DNA of 13,262 nt from Candidatus Eiseniibacteriota bacterium (GTDB taxonomy: Bacteria; Eisenbacteria; RBG-16-71-46): the NCBI GenBank assembly GCA_031366795.1, contig JANLOX010000270.1, forward strand, positions 1 to 13,262, in the 5' to 3' direction. Positions 8,601 through 13,262 of the stretch are shown here, piece after piece. A model generated the notes under the pieces. It searched no databases, was not told the origin of the DNA, and saw nothing but the letters and a program-made list of their open reading frames with translations. The stretch's first letter is position 1; each line of letters starts with the position of its first letter. Position numbers and translations under genes: made by a program.

Positions 8601-9676
8601 GCTGCTTCAAGGTGAAGTTCCTGTGCGACGGCGTGCCGGGAGTGATCGATCTGTGCGCGATCACCTGCCAGTGCGGCCCGACTCCGGTGAACCCGGTGCC
8701 GGGAACGGTCGACTGGACGGCGGTGCCGGGCACGAGTTTGGTGCGGTTCCATATCCGCTGGACGAACCCGAGCGCGTCGCGGTCGACGACACCGGTTTCG
8801 GGAACCATGAACTCGCAGCCGTTCGGCGCGTTCGCTCCGGACTTCGGGTCTATCGGTCAGTTCACCGTGGGTCCGATCCAGCCGTCGAGCTTCTTCGACG
8901 TCTTCTTCGAGGTGCCGCGGTCGCAGCTGCCGCAGGAACCGGAACAGCAGTTCCCCGGTGGCGGTCCGCAGCCTGGTTCGCCGTGTCCGCCGGACACCAG
9001 CTGGTCCGGCAACGTGGATATCAACTGGGCAGGCGCCGGTGGAGTGGGCCAGGTGAATCGCCACTTCACGAGCCTGCTCGTGCGGCCGGGCTTCGGTTCG
9101 AGCCACGTGCACACGTTGATCTTCTGCAACAGCACCACGGGCTCGCCGTGGAGCATCGCCGGGCTGTGTCCGGGATTCACCGCGACACTCCTGAACGAGG
9201 ACTTCACGCCTGCGCCGAATCCGGTGCCCGCGAATTGGACGGGCTGGATCAGCGTGGCTGCTGCGAACAACCTGCCGGGTGGCGTTTCGTGCTGCTTCAC
9301 CGTCACCTTCACATGTGACGGACAGCCGGGCGTGATCGACGTCTGCGCCGCCACGTGTCTGTGGCGGAACACGGGCGTGCCGCTCAACGGGGAGGGATTG
9401 GACTTCGGGATCTACGCGACGGCCCCGAACCCGACGAACTCCGGCATGGTGATCAGCTACGCGATGCCGAAGAGCGGGCCGGTGAGGTTGGACATCTACA
9501 ACCTCGGCGGACAGCGTGTTCGCACGCTGCTCGACGGTCAGGCTGAAGCCGGCCTGAACACGGTTCGCTGGGACGGACGCGGTTCGAACAACCGCGCGCT
9601 GCCGCCGGGCGCCTACTTCGTCACGCTGCGTGCGGGCGAACGGGTGGCGAACAAGAAGATCGTCGTGTTCCACTAG
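5666..9676 (+). CDS. Large secreted protein: lamin-tail domain, four Cys-rich tandem repeats, FlgD-Ig/T9SS-like C-terminal domain
   Basis: AGGAG RBS and signal peptide ending ASA-Q. LTD motif HLIISEV...EYLEIYNPT...ISLNGKYISD...DYASWG (~5849-6337). Four repeats at ~6555-9365. C-terminal APNP...VRLDIYNLGGQRVRTL...RWDGR...PGAYFVTL...KKIVVFH. Confidence 0.93.
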   Translation: MKRVLPLLAMVAFGALLALSPASAQTCSIGGHNETSENFATGGWGTINMSPGTVPGAPFATHLIISEVAPRGAGTGAASDSSEYLEIYNPTPNPISLNGKYISDDIAYYKVVNGLYAVANASDFNLKFPTGLTLLPGRTLVLCVTKAGFFGSGASAAAAQIFLEMKDSNQNTTDDMIPVATGSSFPVTGGLFTNPSATNGEWAVLYCWDGASDRVCDVDYASWGANSASNPKMNKTGISIDGPDAGAVASAYNADTAPTSQTNLGSATVLTKPLTYQRTGGESGEVTFGGNGCLGIVTPNVIGWLPVLSATGVPDIRFHVRWTNADDAMSGPITGQIRSQEFGVFLPDLGLIGDMNVPPLQPNSFFDVFFEVPLSSLPPSPQKIVPGSGGNLKQFANATYGGGAQTQATCPPDTNWAGNVDIQWSGTPQGGQVNKHYSDLLTCAGGAPSFIHFRPSNCTSPMPWTIAGLCPGFTATLVNEDFSPAPNPIPVGWSGWISIQAAAGAVGTSCCFGVTFTCAGVSSTIDICTFACQCVTQPGPNPQPSTIGWTNVPGSTDIRFHVRWTNPSTALATSPATGQMKSQEFGVFAPNFGSIGQLNIPPIQPNSFFDVFFDVPLTQLPPSAMISGGPSSNVVAGGKGSPMSTLAGPCPPDTSWAGNVDLNWTSTAGNAQVNYHFGDLQVCPGSGNTYVHVRAVNCPSGTPAAWSIAGLCPGFSATLVNENYSAAPNPVPPGWSGWICVSAAAATPVPVTCCFTVTFLCDNVPGVINVCATTCQCHTAPSPVPAPVTWATLAGTSTVQFHQMWNNPNDVVSAPVSGQMSSQEFGVFLPNSGSIGHFDVPPIQPHSFFDVFFDVPLSTLPPNPPTQGGPPAGGPCPPDTHWNGNVDVVWNGPAGGGQANYHIGDITVCPGGGASLIHIKSLICADPAGMPWTITGLCPGFSATLQNEDHSPAPNPVPLGWTGWISVTAAAGTPVPDTCCFKVKFLCDGVPGVIDLCAITCQCGPTPVNPVPGTVDWTAVPGTSLVRFHIRWTNPSASRSTTPVSGTMNSQPFGAFAPDFGSIGQFTVGPIQPSSFFDVFFEVPRSQLPQEPEQQFPGGGPQPGSPCPPDTSWSGNVDINWAGAGGVGQVNRHFTSLLVRPGFGSSHVHTLIFCNSTTGSPWSIAGLCPGFTATLLNEDFTPAPNPVPANWTGWISVAAANNLPGGVSCCFTVTFTCDGQPGVIDVCAATCLWRNTGVPLNGEGLDFGIYATAPNPTNSGMVISYAMPKSGPVRLDIYNLGGQRVRTLLDGQAEAGLNTVRWDGRGSNNRALPPGAYFVTLRAGERVANKKIVVFH
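6555..9365 (+). repeat. Four intragenic tandem repeats of ~230-240 aa
   Basis: Equivalent xIRFHVRWTN-type anchors start at 6608, 7334, 8057 and 8738 (spacing 726, 723, 681 nt). Each unit carries SQ[E/P]FGxF, SFFDVFF, CPPDTxWxGNVD, GLCPGF, PAPNP[V/I]PxxW[S/T]GWI and CCF. Confidence 0.95.
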
Positions 9677-9700
9677 TCGCACGCAATAGCAGCAAGAAGA

Positions 9701-9733
9701 CGGGAGCCCCGGTGCGGTTGGCCGGGGCTTCCG
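9701..9733. terminator. Probable intrinsic terminator, possibly bidirectional
   Basis: CGGGAGCCCCGG-9 nt-CCGGGGCTTCCG (12-bp stem with one G-U) 24 nt after the stop. GCGTTT follows on +, and TCTTCTT follows on -. It lies between convergent ORFs. Confidence 0.7.
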
Positions 9734-9820
9734 GCGTTTGGGGCGGGCAGTCAGCGGTGTGAGGAGGGGCGCAATGGGAGCGAGTGGTGGACCGGAGTAT
9801 CCAGCAGGCGGCGACATGGC

Positions 9821-10126
9821 TCAGTGAACATGCCAAGCGTGGCTCAAGATGTAGTCGACGGTCACGACCGCGAGCGCGGCACCCAGAAGGCCGGCGATGA
9901 GGACGGTCCCGACGACTTGTTCTCCTGTGGAGGATCCAGCGGCCTCGTTGTGCGCCGCGTGCTCCACGACAAGCGACGTGCGCTCGCTTTCGGTGAGCGT
10001 GGCGTAGGGTCGCGAGGCCAGCTTGGCGAAGCGCCTGTCGCTCGGCCGCTCGCGGTGCCGGCGCTCGCCTTCGGTTACGATAGACGTCGAGTTCGGCGTC
10101 TCACCTCGCGCCTTAGGTCCATCCAT
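9821..10126 (-). CDS. Hypothetical small protein with C-terminal TM helix
   Basis: ORF ends VVGTVLIAGLLGAALAVVTVDYILSHAWHVH and converges on the terminator. Start is uncertain (10126 or 10168) and no family was recognised. Confidence 0.4.
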   Translation of the reverse strand: MDGPKARGETPNSTSIVTEGERRHRERPSDRRFAKLASRPYATLTESERTSLVVEHAAHNEAAGSSTGEQVVGTVLIAGLLGAALAVVTVDYILSHAWHVH

Positions 10127-10611
10127 TGCCCTCGAGCCATTGCGATCCTCCCATCGGAATTGCATCACATGAGCGCGAGCATGTCTGCTGACGGTCTGGC
10201 CTGGTCGCGCGGGTGCCCAGATCTACCGGAACGTGCGCCCTGCACTGGCGCGGATCGGTGCTGCGGTGATCGCTGCACGAGCGCAGCACGCGGACCCGCG
10301 CGGGATCGAGGAGCGCTGGGGTAGTGGGTGTGTTTGGGGAGGGATCGCATTGCGAGATCCTCTCGCGTCGCGGCGAGGTGCGTTGGTGAGCGCGAGCAAG
10401 CTCATCGATGGCGGACGTTCGAGATGAATCCTGACACGCACATCCAGCGGCGGCGCGGTGAACCTGTCCCGGTAGAGATCACCGACTGGCCACTTGTCAG
10501 CACGAAACCCTTCCGCGCGAAGGCCGTTTCCACCCGCCACGCCGCCCGGCGCGCGCCCGGTCTGTGATAGGCGCGCCCAATGCCCGACGTCATTTGCCAG
10601 TAATGGTTCCC

Positions 10612-11643
10612 CATCCCCATCACGAATGAACCGGATCAGCCCCTCGAAGTAGGCCTGCTGGTCGTCGTACATGCAAAGGTGGCTGCCCTTGGCGCAGTAG
10701 AGGAAGCGCCCCCGCTTCACCAGGCCCGCCATCTTCTTCATCAACTCCGGGCCCATCGTGTCGTACTTCGCGCCGATCATGAGTGTTGCACGGTGATATT
10801 CGGGAGGTCCGCCATGCGGTCCCAGTTCTCGAGCTTCCCGCTCGCGCCGAGCTCGCTCGGTCCCTGCATGGGGACATAGACCTTGGGTTTCATGTGCTTG
10901 AAGGAGCGCTGCACCGGCTCCGGCCATTCCGCTGCGGGCATGCGGAGGATGTGCTTCTCGTAGTGATTCGGGGTCAGCAGCTCCATGTAGCGCGGGCTCT
11001 GGGTGTCGCCCGCCGCTTCCATTTTCTGGATCTCCGCCAGCACCGCGGGATCCATCTGCGGGAAGATCACCTTCTTGGCGTACTCGTTGTAAAGCGGAAT
11101 GCTCGCCACCATATCGGAGACGATGAGCCCCTTCAGGTTCTGCTGGTACTTGAGCGCGTATTCGATCGCGAACAGGCCGCCCCACGATCCGCCCCAGAGG
11201 TAGAAGTTGTCGGGGCCCAGGTGGAGCGCCTGGCGAACCGTCTCCACTTCTTCGACAAAGCGCGGCAGTTCCCAGAGCTCCGGCTCATCGGGCTGGTCGC
11301 TGTAGGACGACCCCAGTTGGTCGTAGTAGTAGTACTCAATCCCCGCGCCGGGAAAATAACTGTCGAACGCTTCGAGGACCTCGTGATTGAAGCCGGGACC
11401 GCCATGAAGGAGGAGCACCTTGATCCGCGGGTTGTTGCCGATGCGCTTGGTCCACACGTGGAACGTGCCCTTCGTGGTCACGATTGGAATCATCTTCACG
11501 CCGCCCGAGAGGACGTCGTCACGGCCGGAGTAGTCGAGGTAGCTCGAGGGAATGGTGGGAGCCGTGGTGGCCGGGGTGGATGGGGATAAGAAAGCGGTGA
11601 CCGCGACCACAGTTGCCATCGTGAACAGGCGATGGAATCTCAT
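10612..11643 (-). pseudogene. Proline iminopeptidase-family (S33 alpha/beta hydrolase), secreted, with a frameshift (pseudogene or assembly error)
   Basis: CAGGAGG RBS before ATG 11643, signal-like N-terminus, LLLHGGPG, YYYDQLGS and GxSWGG nucleophile elbow. The frame breaks at ~10789 (ITV|PTLMIGAKYDT needs one extra C). The other frame supplies YDTM and GSHLCMYDDQQAYFEGLIRFI. The 3' end is approximate because that frame stays open to 10223. Confidence 0.88.
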
Positions 11644-11865
11644 GCGAACCTCCTGGCCGACTTGTAGCTGAAGTAATAACGAATCACAGGAACCGCACTC
11701 CGGGCTCCTTTTGGGCCTATACAAGCGTGCATCCAAGCGTTAAACTCACCAATCATACGTGACATGAGAAGGTCCCGGGACCGGGCTTGCGCCGACATTA
11801 TTCCCGATGATTGGGTGTATTACACCCGATCATGCGATGGAGCGTACGTCGAGGAGGAAATGCCC

Positions 11866-12567
11866 ATGAGGGCGGTGCTCGCCACATTCGCCAAACGCGT
11901 CCTGTCGCCGGGGGAACGCTCCGCCCTGCGGACGCTACTCGCTGAACGGGGGATTGCTGCGGCACATCGACAGGGCCTGCGCCGGATAGAGCGCCACTCG
12001 CTCAGTCGCCCCGCTCGACTCAACCTGGGATGTGGCAGGTTTCGGAAATCAGGATTCCTTAATGTCGACATGCTTCCGCCCGCGGACCTGACGCTCGACC
12101 TGCGCGCTGGGTTGCCATTCGAATCCAACTGTTGCGATCTGGTCTTTGCAGAACACTGCTTCGAGCACTTCGACTATCCTGAACCCATCACGTGCCTGTT
12201 CCGGGATTGCCTTCGGGTCCTCAAGCCGGGCGCGTCATTGCAATTCAGTGTGCCGAATACCGAGTGGCCCTTGAACGATTACGGCCGGGGTCCGGACGCC
12301 CCATACTTCAAGACCTGCGACGAGCTCTCCTGGCACCCGTGCAACTGCACGACCCGCCTCGAGCACATCAATTATCACTTCCGCCAGGGCACGGAACATC
12401 GCTTTGCGTGGGACTTTGAAACGGCTGAGAAGGCCCTCACGCAAGCAGGCTTCGTGAAGGTGCGCCAGCGGGACTATGATTCCACTTTGGATTCGGAACA
12501 TCGTCGCCGCGGCAGTCTGTTTGTCTCCGCCCTCAAACCCGCAGAACAGGTCGCACGCCAACCCTGA
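11866..12567 (+). CDS. Class I SAM-dependent methyltransferase
   Basis: GAGGAGG 8 nt upstream of ATG 11866. Motifs RLNLGCG, GFLNVD, DLRAGLPF, DLVFAEHCFEHF and RVLKPG...VPN. Confidence 0.9.
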   Translation: MRAVLATFAKRVLSPGERSALRTLLAERGIAAAHRQGLRRIERHSLSRPARLNLGCGRFRKSGFLNVDMLPPADLTLDLRAGLPFESNCCDLVFAEHCFEHFDYPEPITCLFRDCLRVLKPGASLQFSVPNTEWPLNDYGRGPDAPYFKTCDELSWHPCNCTTRLEHINYHFRQGTEHRFAWDFETAEKALTQAGFVKVRQRDYDSTLDSEHRRRGSLFVSALKPAEQVARQP

Positions 12568-12699
12568 AGACGCCGAGCCGGGTGACCCCGGCGGGGCCGA
12601 GGTCGGTGAGCCGGATCCGCATAACCCGCAATGGCGGTGGTCGCACCGACCGACGGAAGTCCAAACACGGAATTGCTCTACCGAAAGCGCCGGGATTGC

Positions 12700-13055
12700 T
12701 AAATCCTTTCGCCTGAATCGGCGAAATTGAGTTCAAGCGATTTGAACATAGCGCTCGGTTGCGGCGAAACGCGCCCTCAGCCATCTCATCACCGCGGCGA
12801 GCAAGTCGCGCATGTTGCGATAGCGATAATTGCGAGTGACGTTCGCGTGCAGGTCCTGCCAGAGCTGTTCGATGCGGTTGTCGTCCGGGCAGTAAGGCGG
12901 CAATAAGTGCAGCCGGATCTTCGCGCCCATCTGCTGCAGCAACTGCTCCACCCGCGCCGTCTCGTGGATGACGTGGTTGTCGAGGATCACGTGAATCACC
13001 TTGGCCCAACGATACGTGCACCACAACGCGCGCAGCAGGTTCAAGAACAACAACG
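12700..13055 (-). mobile_element. IS630-family remnant: C-terminal part of a DDE_3 transposase plus probable right end
   Basis: IHVILDNHVIH...LHLLPPYCPDDNRIEQLWQDLHANVTRN (12733-13053) carries the second D and the E of the triad. About 30 nt after the stop the minus strand reads GGATTTAG, resembling an IS630 end at a TA target. The N-terminal HTH and first D are missing. Confidence 0.88.
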
Positions 13056-13096
13056 TGGTCCTCCTTCCCTGAAGCCGGAGTGGGTAGTCATGGCCT

Positions 13097-13157
13097 GTCG
13101 ATTAGCCGAGTCGTAAACCTTCAATTAGCCGATGCTTAAGGTTGCAATCAGCCGATG
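13097..13157 (+). repeat. Three direct repeats AT[T/C]AGCCGA at 23-bp period, the last overlapping the ATPase start codon
   Basis: Cores start at 13101 (ATTAGCCGA), 13124 (ATTAGCCGA) and 13147 (ATCAGCCGA). Copies 2 and 3 extend to T[T/G]CAAT[T/C]AGCCGATG. Confidence 0.8.
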
Positions 13158-13262
13158 TCGCCAGCAACGTTGTTCGCACGCTTTGCGGAACCGCAGCTGA
13201 TTGATGCGTTGGCCGATTCACCGGTGGTGTTGATCCATGGACCTCGTCAGTGCGGCAAGACC
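13155..13262 (+). CDS. AAA+ ATPase, AAA_14/DUF4143 type (N-terminal 36 aa, runs off the window)
   Basis: Manual translation MSPATLFARFAEPQLIDALADSPVVLIHGPRQCGKT. The Walker A GPRQCGKT with a preceding R...AL...PVVLI pattern is typical of this family. Absent from the ORF track. Confidence 0.85.
   Translation, partial: MSPATLFARFAEPQLIDALADSPVVLIHGPRQCGKT

Noticed and set aside
6555..9365. Repeats as a DGR template/variable pair or a CRISPR array
   Set aside because: They are in-frame protein repeats whose differences are not adenine-specific. No reverse transcriptase or cas gene is in the window.
8165..9817. 550-aa minus-strand ORF and other long ORFs inside 5666-9676
   Set aside because: Shadow frames produced by high-GC codon bias of the real gene.
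12576..12591. GCCGGG-tgac-CCCGGC hairpin after the methyltransferase
   Set aside because: Only a 6-bp stem with no U-tract, which is expected by chance in GC-rich DNA.
13097..13157. Mini-CRISPR interpretation of the 23-bp-period repeats
   Set aside because: The 9-15-nt repeats and 14-nt or shorter intervals are far below CRISPR dimensions, and no cas genes are visible.

Overview
GC-rich bacterial window. Two FlgD-Ig/T9SS-like C-terminal domains suggest an FCB-related lineage such as Eisenbacteria (inference only). In order: a partial ROK-family kinase (-, absent from the ORF track); a membrane-anchored diheme cytochrome c (-); a secreted DUF885 protein (+) whose stop lies in a perfect 20-bp inverted repeat; a ~1.45-kb islet with two translationally coupled small membrane peptides and a decayed CBM-like/FlgD gene, closed by a diverged, internally deleted copy of the DUF885 3' end; a 1336-aa secreted protein (lamin-tail domain, four ~230-240-aa Cys-rich repeats I cannot assign to a family, FlgD-like sorting domain); a small hypothetical gene; a frameshifted proline iminopeptidase-family hydrolase (-); a SAM methyltransferase (+); an IS630 remnant (-); and the start of an AAA_14/DUF4143-type ATPase preceded by three direct repeats at exact 23-bp spacing. 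The best leads are the repeat domain, the 23-bp repeats at the ATPase start, the DUF885 duplication/islet and the small peptide pair.
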